Of a stretch of DNA of 64,000 nucleotides, positions 41,818-52,006 are shown piece by piece. The stretch comes from Trueperaceae bacterium (lineage in GTDB: Bacteria; Deinococcota; Deinococci; Deinococcales; Trueperaceae), in NCBI GenBank assembly GCA_034520945.1, contig JAXHNB010000008.1, positions 128,001-192,000 on the forward strand, given 5' to 3'. Below the pieces are notes generated by a model. It saw nothing but the letters and a program-made list of their open reading frames with translations. It did not search any database and was not told where the DNA came from. Position 1 is the stretch's first letter, and every line of letters begins with the position of its first letter. Position numbers and translations under genes: made by a program.

Positions 41818-44800
41818 ATGGATCGGGGTGCGTTGAAGCGGTTTGCCTCGTGGGCGCGGCTTTGGTTGCGGGAGCAGATGCGCGTGAAGGCTCGCGCTTT
41901 GGGGCTTGGCGCGAAGGAGCTTGAGGAGCCCTCGTTCGTGTCGGGCGGGATGAGTGTCGCGGGGTTCACGTTCGGTGCGCACCAGGCTGGTCTCTACCGG
42001 CAGGTTCGGGCCGAGCTTGATGAGCGCATGCGGGCGGGCGCCACATACGCCGACGCGTTGGACGCGATATTGGACGAGATGGCGTTCACGTGGTTCAACC
42101 GCTTCACGGCCCTGCGCTACTTGGAAGTGAACGAGTACGGTGTGCGCGCCTTGAGTCACCCACAAGAAGGCGTGACTGAACCTGCGTTGCTACAAGGCGC
42201 AAACAGTCTTGCATCGGCTGGGCAACTACCGGGCGTGACGATCGACATGCTGCAAGCGTGGCAGCGTCAGGGTCAGGACGCAACGTACCAAGGCGTGTTG
42301 AATGCGTACTGCCGGTCCCTCGGGTCGTGGCTGCCGTTCCTGTTCAACCCCCGGCAGGACATCGCGGAGTTGTTCCTCCCGGATCGGTTGTTGATGCCGG
42401 GCACGATCGTGCGGCGAATCGTGACGGACGTTCCGGAGGAGGACTGGCGCCAAATTGAGGTGATCGGTTGGCTGTACCAGTTCTACATTGCTGACCGGAA
42501 GGACGAGGTGTTTGCGAAGAAGGGCACCTACACGCCTCGTGACATTCCTCCCGCCACGCAGTTGTTCACGCCCCACTGGATTGTTCGCTACATGGTGGAG
42601 AACAGTGTAGGTCGCTTGTGGCTCGAGTCGCACCCCAACTCCAGCCTGCGTGAGCACATGCCGTACTACCTCGACCCCAACGACGCGCCCAGCGACGGCC
42701 AGGGCGAGGGTGAGGAGGAGGCGCAGGGTCTAGCGTCCATGCCCGATCGACCCGCGGGCGCGCCTCTGCAACCGCAGGACATTACTGTGATGGATCCGGC
42801 GTGCGGGAGTGGCCACATTCTCGTGTACGCGTTCGACCTGCTTTTCCGCATTTACCAAGAGGCCGGCTACGCCACTCACGACATTCCGGGCTTGATTCTC
42901 GAGCACAATCTGCACGGCTTGGACATCGACTTGCGAGCAGCGCAACTCGCGAACTTCGCGGTCACCATGAAAGCTCGCGAACATACCAAGAGCGTTCAGA
43001 CCGAGCCGCAACCCCTGCACGTTCACGCGATCGAGCACACCCGCGGCATCACGCTTCCCGACACGAACCACCTCACCAAGGCCAAGTGGGAGCCCCTCGT
43101 CGACGCGTTTAGGCATGCCGACGAGCTGGGCAGCCTCATCGCGCCATCCGACAATGTGGACCTCGACGACCTACAAGGCGAACTGGACGCCTACACCCAA
43201 GCAGGCCACCTGGAAACCAGCAGCCTCGCCCCCGGACTCCAGCACCTCCTCCAGCAGGCCAGGCTCCTCGCAAGCAAGTACCATGCCGTCATTACGAACC
43301 CGCCCTATATGGGCAGCAAGGCCTTCAGCAGGACCCTCAAGGACTACACCAGAACCCACTACCCGATGTCCAAGGCCGACCTCTTCGCCGTGTTCATCGA
43401 GCGCAATCGCGAGCTGGCAAATGCCTATGGGCTGGTCAGTATGGTCACGATGCATGCTTGGATGTTCTTGAGTGGTTTTGAGGCGCTTCGGCGAGATCTT
43501 CTGTCAGAAAGCCCGCTGTTGTCCATGGTGCATATGGGCAACATGGTTATGCGAATTGCTTTCGGCACGTGTGCCTTCATATTTCGTCCCGGCGGACCAC
43601 CTTCGCAACTAGCGTCCTTCACCTGGATTCGCAGTCAGGACCTTGATCAGGAAGCGGATGGACCAATAAGCTTCCCCGTTCGCAACGTTCGAAATGCAGG
43701 GGCGATCGAGCTAGCTTACTGGCGCAGGAACTCAGATTTCAGCCTTGTGCCTGGTGCCGCGCTGGCGTACTGGCTTACACCTACCGGATTGGATGCGTTC
43801 TCGCTGGGAAGGCTAGATGACATCGCAGAAATGCGAGAGGGTGTGGGGACCCGGCAGGATGATCGGTTCATTCGCTTCATCTGGGAGCCGGATCTGAATT
43901 CTGTGGGTGTCGGCCCGAACTTCGATGCAACGTGGCTATTGACGGACAAGGCGGGAGGCTATCGTAAGTGGCGTGCGGAACCACGTTACGTCATGAAGTG
44001 GCAAAACAATGGCCAGGAAATCAGGAACCTAAGGAATCCCAATGGATCATTGAAATCGCGCCCCCAGAACACGCAGTACTTCTATCGAGCCGCAGTTTCC
44101 TGGGGAAAGGTTACTTCTGGAGTCAACTCCTTCCGTCATCGCCCGCCTGGGTGGGGGTTCAATGATGCCGCTCCATCCGCATTCGGTCGAGATGGGCAGC
44201 TTCGCGCCATGCTCGCCTTCTTGAACAGCGTTGTTGCACGCTACTTCATCGAAGCTCAAGGGCCGACAATCAACCTCACAGTTGGTGTTGTGGGAGCCTT
44301 ACCGGCCGCTCGGGAAGTCGTGCTGGCGCACGAGCTTGCGGTGGACCTCCAACGCCAGTGCGAGGATCTTGTCGCCTCGGACGATGGGCTGAGCGAGGTA
44401 TCGCATGATTTTCAGGAACACCCTATTGTACGACAGGGCAAGATGCGCGTCGCGGATGCGTTCGAAGCGTGGCGAGTGGAGGCGGACAAGGCGTTCTGCG
44501 AGTTGAAGCGGCTTGAGGAGGAGAACAACCGGTACTGGATTGACGCGTACGGCCTGCAAGACGAGTTGAGTCCCGAAGTGGACGAGGATGAGGTCACCAT
44601 CCGTCGTGCGGATTGGGATGGGGACGTGCGGAGCCTCATCAGTTACGCCGTTGGTTGCATGATGGGCCGCTACACCCTGAGTGGCCCCGGCCTCCAGTTC
44701 GCAGGTGGGGTATTCAATTTGAGCGACTTCGAGGGTTCTTACCTGCCCGACGCCAACGGCATATTGCCAATGACGGACGAGCCGTACTTCGAGGACGACA

Positions 44801-45408
44801 TCGTCACCCGCTTCACTTCATGGCTTGAAGCGGCGTTCGGTCCGGAGCACGTGCAGGAGAACCTCCGCTGGATTGCGGACGCCTTGACGATGCGCGCCAG
44901 TGAAACGCCGCACGAGCGGATGCGTCGCTACTTCCTGACCGAGTTCATCAAGGACCACAACCGCCAGTACAGCAAGCGACCCATCTACTGGTTGTTCACC
45001 AGTGGGAAGCACGGCGGCTTCCATGCGCTCGTGTACTTGCACCGCTACACGCCCGACACGCTCGCGCGGCTTAGGAGCGATTACGCCCTCCCGCTCGACG
45101 CGAAACTGCAGGCCGCCATTCGGGATGCCGAGTACCAAGCGGAACACGCGACGAGTGCGAGTGCGAAGAATCGTGCCGAGAAGCTCGTCGCCAGGCTGCG
45201 CGCGCAGCATGAGGAACTCCAGGCGTACCAAGAAGCCCTGCAGCACCACGCCGACCAACGCATTTCCCTCGACCTGGATGACGGTGTCGCCTACAACTAC
45301 ACCCTCCTCGCTGACCTCCTCTACCAAGGCAGCGACCTACCCCTGAAACAACTTCTGAAGGCCAGCCAATGGAAGCGAGACCTCTTGAAGCAAGAGTCCA
45401 CAACATGA
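41818..45408 (+). CDS. pglX: BREX adenine methyltransferase PglX (BrxX)
   Basis: GWLYQFY, ATQLFTPHWIVRYMVENS, DPACGSGH, NPPY, KRPIYWLFTSG, LDLDDGV..NY. Confidence 0.94.
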   Translation: MDRGALKRFASWARLWLREQMRVKARALGLGAKELEEPSFVSGGMSVAGFTFGAHQAGLYRQVRAELDERMRAGATYADALDAILDEMAFTWFNRFTALRYLEVNEYGVRALSHPQEGVTEPALLQGANSLASAGQLPGVTIDMLQAWQRQGQDATYQGVLNAYCRSLGSWLPFLFNPRQDIAELFLPDRLLMPGTIVRRIVTDVPEEDWRQIEVIGWLYQFYIADRKDEVFAKKGTYTPRDIPPATQLFTPHWIVRYMVENSVGRLWLESHPNSSLREHMPYYLDPNDAPSDGQGEGEEEAQGLASMPDRPAGAPLQPQDITVMDPACGSGHILVYAFDLLFRIYQEAGYATHDIPGLILEHNLHGLDIDLRAAQLANFAVTMKAREHTKSVQTEPQPLHVHAIEHTRGITLPDTNHLTKAKWEPLVDAFRHADELGSLIAPSDNVDLDDLQGELDAYTQAGHLETSSLAPGLQHLLQQARLLASKYHAVITNPPYMGSKAFSRTLKDYTRTHYPMSKADLFAVFIERNRELANAYGLVSMVTMHAWMFLSGFEALRRDLLSESPLLSMVHMGNMVMRIAFGTCAFIFRPGGPPSQLASFTWIRSQDLDQEADGPISFPVRNVRNAGAIELAYWRRNSDFSLVPGAALAYWLTPTGLDAFSLGRLDDIAEMREGVGTRQDDRFIRFIWEPDLNSVGVGPNFDATWLLTDKAGGYRKWRAEPRYVMKWQNNGQEIRNLRNPNGSLKSRPQNTQYFYRAAVSWGKVTSGVNSFRHRPPGWGFNDAAPSAFGRDGQLRAMLAFLNSVVARYFIEAQGPTINLTVGVVGALPAAREVVLAHELAVDLQRQCEDLVASDDGLSEVSHDFQEHPIVRQGKMRVADAFEAWRVEADKAFCELKRLEEENNRYWIDAYGLQDELSPEVDEDEVTIRRADWDGDVRSLISYAVGCMMGRYTLSGPGLQFAGGVFNLSDFEGSYLPDANGILPMTDEPYFEDDIVTRFTSWLEAAFGPEHVQENLRWIADALTMRASETPHERMRRYFLTEFIKDHNRQYSKRPIYWLFTSGKHGGFHALVYLHRYTPDTLARLRSDYALPLDAKLQAAIRDAEYQAEHATSASAKNRAEKLVARLRAQHEELQAYQEALQHHADQRISLDLDDGVAYNYTLLADLLYQGSDLPLKQLLKASQWKRDLLKQESTT

Positions 45409-45433
45409 TCGGTAGCGGCCACAGGAGGCAGCC

Positions 45434-47995
45434 GTGAGCTCCATGGACGTCGAACAGCTGCAGGCCAACCTGCACGCTGTCGTCGAGGACCACCGGCATC
45501 GATTCCCCAACCAGCGCGTCCTTGTGTTCTGGCGCGATCCTGACGGCGAGTTCAGCGAGGCCGTACACGAGTTGGCACTACCGGAGGGTATGGGCCTGCT
45601 CAAGGTGAACGACGCGCTGTTCGGAACGAAGGTCCTGCTGCTTGAAGAGGCACCCGAGGCCTCGTTCCTTGTCTACCTCCAACAACCACGACCTCGTGAC
45701 GAGCAGAACTGGCTCCTCGATCTGGAAGTCCAGGCCGAAGCGTTCACGGCAGATCGTGCCGCGATGCTGGTTCGTCAGTTCGGCTTCACAGACCGAAGCC
45801 TGGTCGACTTCGTTCGGGAGGCGCTTCCCTTTTTCGGCAACAAGAAGCGCGTTCAGGCTCTGCACAACGTGGGGTTGGACGCGTCCGCCACGCGCGCCGA
45901 TCTCGCCGTTGGAATGTGTTGCGTCCTTGCTGGCGTGGCGCCCGTGGACACGGCGAGGCTCCTACGCGCGGTCCTTGCTGAGAGCCTCGACGAAGACGAG
46001 AATACGACCTTCCAAGAGATCGTGAAGTACGTCGGAGCCGAACGTTTCTGGACCATCATCCGAGAAGCTGTCGGATATCGTGCTGATAGCCCTTCGCTTC
46101 GCGATCTCTGGATCTCGCTTGCATTCACCCACCTGGCGGAATCGATGGGTGACGCGACGCCGAAGGCCGTGGCGAAGAAGGTGATTCGCCCCTCGGCCAA
46201 GGCGTTCGTGTTCGTGCAGAACTGGCTGCAGAACGCAAACGAAGGCGCCGCCTGGGACACGATCAGTCGCGAGATGGAGGCACAGCTCGACGTTGCGGAC
46301 CATATCGCGGGGGTGGACACCGACGCCATCCAGCACGCGGACACGTTCCCCATCTTTGACAGACTCGTCATCCAAGCAGCGGCCGACGCGCTCGTCACGG
46401 GCGGGCGCCCTGTCACGGACGTTCGCCAGTGGATCAACTCCCGCAGGGTTCGGCACTGGCACGGCCGCTTCGCCAATCACTACGACGCCCTGGAGGCGGG
46501 TGCCGATCTTGCAGACTTCGTGTCGCAGCCGCTTCCGCCACTGTCGTCGGTGGACGACGCATGGTCGTGGTACGCGAACACTGGGTATCGTGCTGATCGC
46601 GCCTATCGACGCTTCGTCGTGGCTTCGGATCAGGTGGGCGAGTCCCTCAACGTCCTTGGGGACCATGTCGATAAGCACTATCACGGAGCTTTCCTGGAAC
46701 CCTTGAGCGCGAAGTGGGCTGCAGTGCTGGGCGCACACAGCGCATGGCCCGCGGGTGGCGTTTCGTCGCAGCGCTGGTTCTTCCACAATCGTGTCCAGCC
46801 TATGCTTGACCGGAACGACCGCGACCGCGTATTCGTCCTCATCAGCGACGCGCTCCGCTACGAAGTGGCACACGACCTTGTCACGAGGATGCGCGAGAGC
46901 CTCCGTGGCGAGCCTACGCTGAACACGCAATCGGCGCTCTTGCCCAGCGTGACCAAGCTAGGCATGGCGGCTCTCCTGCCCGGCGCCAAGCTGTCCTGGG
47001 AGTCCGACAACTCGGTACGGATCGACGGCATGTCCACCCAGGGTCGCGCGCAGCGCGCGGACGTTCTCGCGGCATCGGGCTACTCGTCGACCCTCCTCGA
47101 CATTGACGCTTTGCTGGCGATGTCGCGAGAAGAGGCGAGGGCAGCCATACGCGACGCTCGGCTCGTCTACATCTACCAGAACGAGATCGATGCAGCCGGG
47201 GACAAGTACGCAAGCGAGAGGCAAACCTTCGCGGCGTGCGAACGGGCGGTGACCACGCTGGACCGGGCCATTCGGACCATCGTCAATCAACTCAACGGCA
47301 CCCACGTCCTGGTGACCAGCGACCACGGCTTCCTGTACCAGCGCCGCGAGCTTGCCGAACACGAAAAGGTTCCCAAGCCGGTCGGGGACGTGCAGGAACT
47401 GAATCGTCGGTACGCGATCGGGGCGGACATCCAAGACCGCGAAGGCACCCTGCGCTTCAAAGCCCCCTACCTCGGCAAGGGCAATCTCGAGGTAGTCGTG
47501 CCACGTGGTGCGCAACGCTTCGCGATCCAAGGGCCCGGTGCGCAGTACGTGCACGGTGGCGCAAGCTTGCAAGAGGTCTGCCTACCGATCATCACGTACC
47601 GGCACAAGCGGTCCGAGAAGGGCGGCGCTGCCCCCAGCAGCAAAGTGGGGGTTCAGGTCAACGCAACGGCGAAGCGGATTACCAACAACGCGTTCACCAT
47701 CCGTCTGGTGCAGCAGGCCCCCGTGGGTGCCCGCGTGAAACCCCGCGCCATCAGTGTGCAGATCGTCGATGACGACGATGAACCCGTGACGAACCTTGTA
47801 CCGCTGCTACTGGACAAGGACGCGCCCCAGGCGACCGAGCGCGAGTTCAGCGCCCGTCTGAAGATCGGTGTGACCGATACTTCCCCCGAGCGCCCGTACT
47901 ATCTGGTCATAACGGATACCGACGATGACGTCGAAATCCACCGCGAGCAGTGGGTTATCGACATCGCCATTTCCGACGACTTCGGAGACTTCTGA
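45434..47995 (+). CDS. pglZ: BREX PglZ (BrxZ) phosphodiesterase, type A
   Basis: VFWRDP.GEF, NWLLD, ISDALRYE, LPSVTKLGMAALLP, TSDHGF, YVHGGASLQE. Confidence 0.93.
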   Translation: MSSMDVEQLQANLHAVVEDHRHRFPNQRVLVFWRDPDGEFSEAVHELALPEGMGLLKVNDALFGTKVLLLEEAPEASFLVYLQQPRPRDEQNWLLDLEVQAEAFTADRAAMLVRQFGFTDRSLVDFVREALPFFGNKKRVQALHNVGLDASATRADLAVGMCCVLAGVAPVDTARLLRAVLAESLDEDENTTFQEIVKYVGAERFWTIIREAVGYRADSPSLRDLWISLAFTHLAESMGDATPKAVAKKVIRPSAKAFVFVQNWLQNANEGAAWDTISREMEAQLDVADHIAGVDTDAIQHADTFPIFDRLVIQAAADALVTGGRPVTDVRQWINSRRVRHWHGRFANHYDALEAGADLADFVSQPLPPLSSVDDAWSWYANTGYRADRAYRRFVVASDQVGESLNVLGDHVDKHYHGAFLEPLSAKWAAVLGAHSAWPAGGVSSQRWFFHNRVQPMLDRNDRDRVFVLISDALRYEVAHDLVTRMRESLRGEPTLNTQSALLPSVTKLGMAALLPGAKLSWESDNSVRIDGMSTQGRAQRADVLAASGYSSTLLDIDALLAMSREEARAAIRDARLVYIYQNEIDAAGDKYASERQTFAACERAVTTLDRAIRTIVNQLNGTHVLVTSDHGFLYQRRELAEHEKVPKPVGDVQELNRRYAIGADIQDREGTLRFKAPYLGKGNLEVVVPRGAQRFAIQGPGAQYVHGGASLQEVCLPIITYRHKRSEKGGAAPSSKVGVQVNATAKRITNNAFTIRLVQQAPVGARVKPRAISVQIVDDDDEPVTNLVPLLLDKDAPQATEREFSARLKIGVTDTSPERPYYLVITDTDDDVEIHREQWVIDIAISDDFGDF

Positions 47996-50031
47996 TGGAC
48001 GCCACGCCGACGCCTGCAGACCTCGACACCAAGCTCAACGACCACTTCCCAGGGCGTGTGGTGCGCAAGGACCTCACGACACGCCTTAAGGAAGGCGCAA
48101 ACGTGCCGGTCTATGTGCTCGAGTACCTGCTGGGCACGTATTGCGCCACGGATGACCCCGAGGCGATCGAGGAAGGCGTCAAGCGCGTCAAGGCGATCCT
48201 GTCCGAGAACTACGTCCGACCTGACGAGTCCGAGAAGGTGAAGAGCCGCATCAGGGAAAAGGGCCGATTCCGCATCATCGACCGCGTCACGGTCACACTG
48301 AATGACAAGCGCGATGAGTACGAAGCCTCACTGCTCAATCTGGGGATCCAGGGCGTCACGGTCGCATCTGAGTACGTCAAGGAGTTCGAGAAGCTCCTTG
48401 GCGGCGGAATCTGGTGCATTATTACCCTCGAGTACGACGCCAGTCACAAGCCCAGCCCTTTCGTGCTCGAGACCCTGAAGCCTGTCCAAATGCCTCATCT
48501 GAACATGGACGAGGTGTTCCTGGGCCGCAAGTGGTTTACCAAGGACGAGTGGATCGACCTGCTCCTCCGATCCACCGGCCTAGAACCGACGACGCTGGAC
48601 GAGGAGGCGAAGTGGCACCTCCTGGCCCGGATCGTGCCACTTGTCGAGAACAACTACAACTGCGTTGAGCTTGGGCCCCGAAGCACTGGCAAGAGCCACC
48701 TCTACAAGGAAATCAGTCCCAACACGGTTCTCGTGTCCGGCGGGCAGACAACGGTCGCCAATCTCTTCTACAACATGACGCGCCGTCAGGTGGGCCTCGT
48801 GGGTATGTGGGACGTGGTTGCTTTCGACGAGGTCGCCGGAATCAACTTCAAGGACAACGATGGCGTTCAGATCATGAAGGACTACATGTCCAGCGGGTCC
48901 TTCTCGCGCGGCAAGGCGCAGATCACAGCCCAGGCAAGCATGGTCTTCGTGGGGAACATCAACCAGAGCGTGGAGAGCCTAGTCAAGACGAGTCACCTCT
49001 TCGCACCGTTTCCCGAGGCGATGATCGACACGGCATTCATTGATCGCTTCCACGCCTACATTCCCGGCTGGGAGATCCCGAAGCTCGGGCCGGAGAACTT
49101 CACGACTCGCTTTGGCTTCATCGTCGACTTCCTAGCTGAATGGCTGCGAGAAATGCGGAAGCACAGCTACGCTGACGCGATCGACAAGCATTTTCAGCTG
49201 GGCAACAACCTCAAGCAGCGCGACGTTCAAGGTGTCCGGCGTACGGCGAGCGGTCTACTGAAGCTGCTATACCCCAACGGCGAGTATGGCAAGGACGAGG
49301 TTGAGGAGGTCCTCCGCTATGCGCTCCAGGCGCGCCGTCGCGTCAAGGAACAACTGAAGAAGCTAGGCGGTATGGAGTTCTACGACGTCCACTTCTCCTA
49401 CATTGACCGCGAGACCCTCCAGGAGGAGTTCGTGTCGATCAAGGAGCAGAGCTCCGGCAAATTGATCGACAATGACCCCCTGCCCGCGGGCCATGGCTAC
49501 GCCATCAGCCACGGCGATCACGACATGATCGGGCTCTACCGGATCGAGCTACAGGCCGTCGCTGGCAACGGCAAACTACAAAGGATGGGCGGTGCGGCAG
49601 AAAGCGCCGTCCGCGACCCCATCAATGTTGCCTTCAATTACTTCAAGGCCAACAGTGGTCGGATCAGTGGCAGCATCAGCACGGGCAGCCACGACTACCT
49701 GCTCTCGCTAACCGACGTCCAAGGCTCGGGCAACCCGGACCAGATCGCCTTGCCGGTTTTGATCGCCTTGGCCGGCGCCTCCATGGGGAGAGCAACGCAG
49801 AGCCAGATGGCGGTCCTCGGCGACATGACGATCGGGGGAACCATCACACCGGTCGAAAATCTCGCCAGCGCATTGCAGGTTGCCTTCGACTGCGGGGCAA
49901 AGCGCGTTCTGCTGCCTACAGCCAACGCAGGCGATATCCACACGATTCCTGGCGAGTTGTTCGCGAAGTTCCAGACGAGCTTCTACAGCGATCCGGTGGA
50001 TGCGGTGTTTAAGGCGCTTGGTGTCGGCTAA
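47995..50031 (+). CDS. brxL: BREX Lon-like protein BrxL
   Basis: FPGRVVRKDL, NVPVYVLEYLLG, ELGPRSTGKSH, FDEVAG, Lon-like C-terminus. Confidence 0.93.
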   Translation: MDATPTPADLDTKLNDHFPGRVVRKDLTTRLKEGANVPVYVLEYLLGTYCATDDPEAIEEGVKRVKAILSENYVRPDESEKVKSRIREKGRFRIIDRVTVTLNDKRDEYEASLLNLGIQGVTVASEYVKEFEKLLGGGIWCIITLEYDASHKPSPFVLETLKPVQMPHLNMDEVFLGRKWFTKDEWIDLLLRSTGLEPTTLDEEAKWHLLARIVPLVENNYNCVELGPRSTGKSHLYKEISPNTVLVSGGQTTVANLFYNMTRRQVGLVGMWDVVAFDEVAGINFKDNDGVQIMKDYMSSGSFSRGKAQITAQASMVFVGNINQSVESLVKTSHLFAPFPEAMIDTAFIDRFHAYIPGWEIPKLGPENFTTRFGFIVDFLAEWLREMRKHSYADAIDKHFQLGNNLKQRDVQGVRRTASGLLKLLYPNGEYGKDEVEEVLRYALQARRRVKEQLKKLGGMEFYDVHFSYIDRETLQEEFVSIKEQSSGKLIDNDPLPAGHGYAISHGDHDMIGLYRIELQAVAGNGKLQRMGGAAESAVRDPINVAFNYFKANSGRISGSISTGSHDYLLSLTDVQGSGNPDQIALPVLIALAGASMGRATQSQMAVLGDMTIGGTITPVENLASALQVAFDCGAKRVLLPTANAGDIHTIPGELFAKFQTSFYSDPVDAVFKALGVG

Positions 50032-50080
50032 TGGAAGGTATGGAAGGGGTCCCTAAGAGAGTCTTCTCATCGGTGTGGCG

Positions 50081-51619
50081 ATGACAGTGCCGACGCCACG
50101 CCGGCACTGGCTCGAGACCCGCCGATTGGCCAAGGCGTTGCCGGCTAAGGAAGTCTTCGAGTGGCTTGTAACACAGGGCTACTACCCTGAGCCGTACGTT
50201 CTCCCGCCCACGTTCGTGGTCAAGAAGGCGCCGGATTTTCATTCGGGTGGCTATTACCGCTATGACGAGTACCATAGACGCCTTATCGGAGGTGTCGAAC
50301 AACCCCAGTCTATTCACTTCCCAAAAACGGATCACACGGATCGAACGTTTGGGTTCGTGCACCCTGAGCTCCATGCAGACATGGCACGGGTGGTGGCCAA
50401 CTACTGGTCATCGATCGTAGCGCATCTCTTTCCGAACTTTTCACTCGTGTATTCATACAGCTTTCCGATTCCTGTAGACGGCAAGCAGAAGGGTGCGCTT
50501 GGGCGGCTGCGGAGTGGCCGAATGATCTACGAATGGATTGAGATGGCCGAGAAAGACCTTGCTGCTGAGGCGTATCGGTACGGGTGGTTGGTGAACGCCG
50601 ATGTGGCCAACTTCTACTCCTCGATCTATACGCATTCAATTGCATGGGCCGTGCACGGAAAGAAGAGGGCAAGAGCGAATAGGAAGAACCTGACGTTGTA
50701 TGGCAATCTTCTTGACCAGCTCGTGCAGAAGGCGAATGACGATTGCACCAACGGCATCCCAACTGGGCCCGCGATCAGCGATCTAGTAGCCGAGATCGTG
50801 TTGGCTGGAGTTGACAGGTACCTTACTAGCAGTATGCGGGCCGAAGGCCTTGGATCGACTCAAGTCCTCGCAGTGCGCTTCAAGGACGACTATAGAATTC
50901 TCTGCCGTACGCGTGAAGTGGCCATGAAGGTCACCAAACTCCTTCAGGCTGCTCTGCGAGAGTTCCGGCTGCAGCTTAACGATGGCAAGACGCGGATTTC
51001 TGCACTGCCCGATGGCTTATTTCGTGTGTGGCGGACACGGTACGACCAGCTTAATCCGCACCCCAAGTCTTGGTACGACATCAAGCGCTTTGAGGCTGTC
51101 TTCAAGGGCGTGCTTGAGATTGACCGGCACGTTCCAGGTACAGGCGTAGTAGATCGTTTTCTTGCGGATCTCGTTCGTCGAGACGGAACGCTCCGACTAC
51201 GGCTAAATCGGCGAGACGTTCAGCGCGTCGTCAGCCTTCTGCTTTTGCTTGCGAAGCTTCGACCAAAGGCCTACCCTAAAGCACTTGCTATCGTGGAGGC
51301 CCTCATCAAATCGCCTGTCGGCAGGGCGCGACGCGATGCGGTTGTCAGCTACCTCAAGGGCGAGTTCGAAGCTTTGAGGCAGAACGAGGGCGAGGCGACG
51401 TACCGACTAGTATGGCTTGCTTACTTCCTAGCCTCGAACAAGTACGTGTCAGAGGAGTACAAGCGTAGCAATGCGGTCCGTGATCCTGTGCTGCGCGTTA
51501 TCTGGACAAGCCAGCCGCGGGCTATTTGGGCTCATCGGGACTTCAAGATCGCTATTGGGGCAATCGCCGCAGCAAGGGAGACGTCGCTACTCTGGCATCT
51601 CGAGGTATTCAGTGCGTAA
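50081..51619 (+). CDS. Reverse transcriptase of Abi/UG (defence-associated) type with helical C-terminal extension
   Basis: GYYPEPYVLPP, FPK...R, ADVANFYSSIYTHSIAWA, GIPTGPAISDLVAEIVL, RFKDDYRI, LQLNDGKT. Confidence 0.88.
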   Translation: MTVPTPRRHWLETRRLAKALPAKEVFEWLVTQGYYPEPYVLPPTFVVKKAPDFHSGGYYRYDEYHRRLIGGVEQPQSIHFPKTDHTDRTFGFVHPELHADMARVVANYWSSIVAHLFPNFSLVYSYSFPIPVDGKQKGALGRLRSGRMIYEWIEMAEKDLAAEAYRYGWLVNADVANFYSSIYTHSIAWAVHGKKRARANRKNLTLYGNLLDQLVQKANDDCTNGIPTGPAISDLVAEIVLAGVDRYLTSSMRAEGLGSTQVLAVRFKDDYRILCRTREVAMKVTKLLQAALREFRLQLNDGKTRISALPDGLFRVWRTRYDQLNPHPKSWYDIKRFEAVFKGVLEIDRHVPGTGVVDRFLADLVRRDGTLRLRLNRRDVQRVVSLLLLLAKLRPKAYPKALAIVEALIKSPVGRARRDAVVSYLKGEFEALRQNEGEATYRLVWLAYFLASNKYVSEEYKRSNAVRDPVLRVIWTSQPRAIWAHRDFKIAIGAIAAARETSLLWHLEVFSA

Positions 51620-51759
51620 CCTGTCTAGGACCTTGATTGGATGTGCGCGGTCCGTGGATTGTGGTGCGGCGCATGTCGCTGGTGGATTGTGGATCGAGCT
51701 TGATGCCGACGGTGGGATTGCTTGGCGGGATGAGGAGTCCCGACCTCCAGCGGCAAGGT

Positions 51760-51942
51760 AACGCCGTACTCCCGACGCAGGCGGTCCATGTCGGCGTCGA
51801 GGTCGCGGTCGTGCTTGCCCGCGGTGCCGGGCCCCTTGCGACCCGGGGCAAGCGTGAAACCGACGCGCCCCTTGAGGGGTAGCTCGCTGGAGGGGACGAA
51901 GTGGACCTCGATGGGGCTGGTGCGGGAGTCGAGCTGGGGCAT
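51760..51942 (-). pseudogene. 5' fragment of a second PTP/CDKN3-like phosphatase gene
   Basis: MPQLDSRTSPIEVHFV...GFTLAPGRK...RDLDADM.RLRREYGV, then similarity stops before the HCxxGxxR motif; AAGGAG RBS. Confidence 0.72.
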
Positions 51943-52006
51943 GTGACACTCCTTTCGGGAGGTGATGGGAACGCGCGCGTGCTGGCGGGTCCAGGACGCG
52001 GGTGCG

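Noticed and set aside
50032..50080. Retron msr-msd upstream of the RT
   Set aside because: Only 49 bp, no flanking inverted repeats, and the RT lacks the retron VTG motif.
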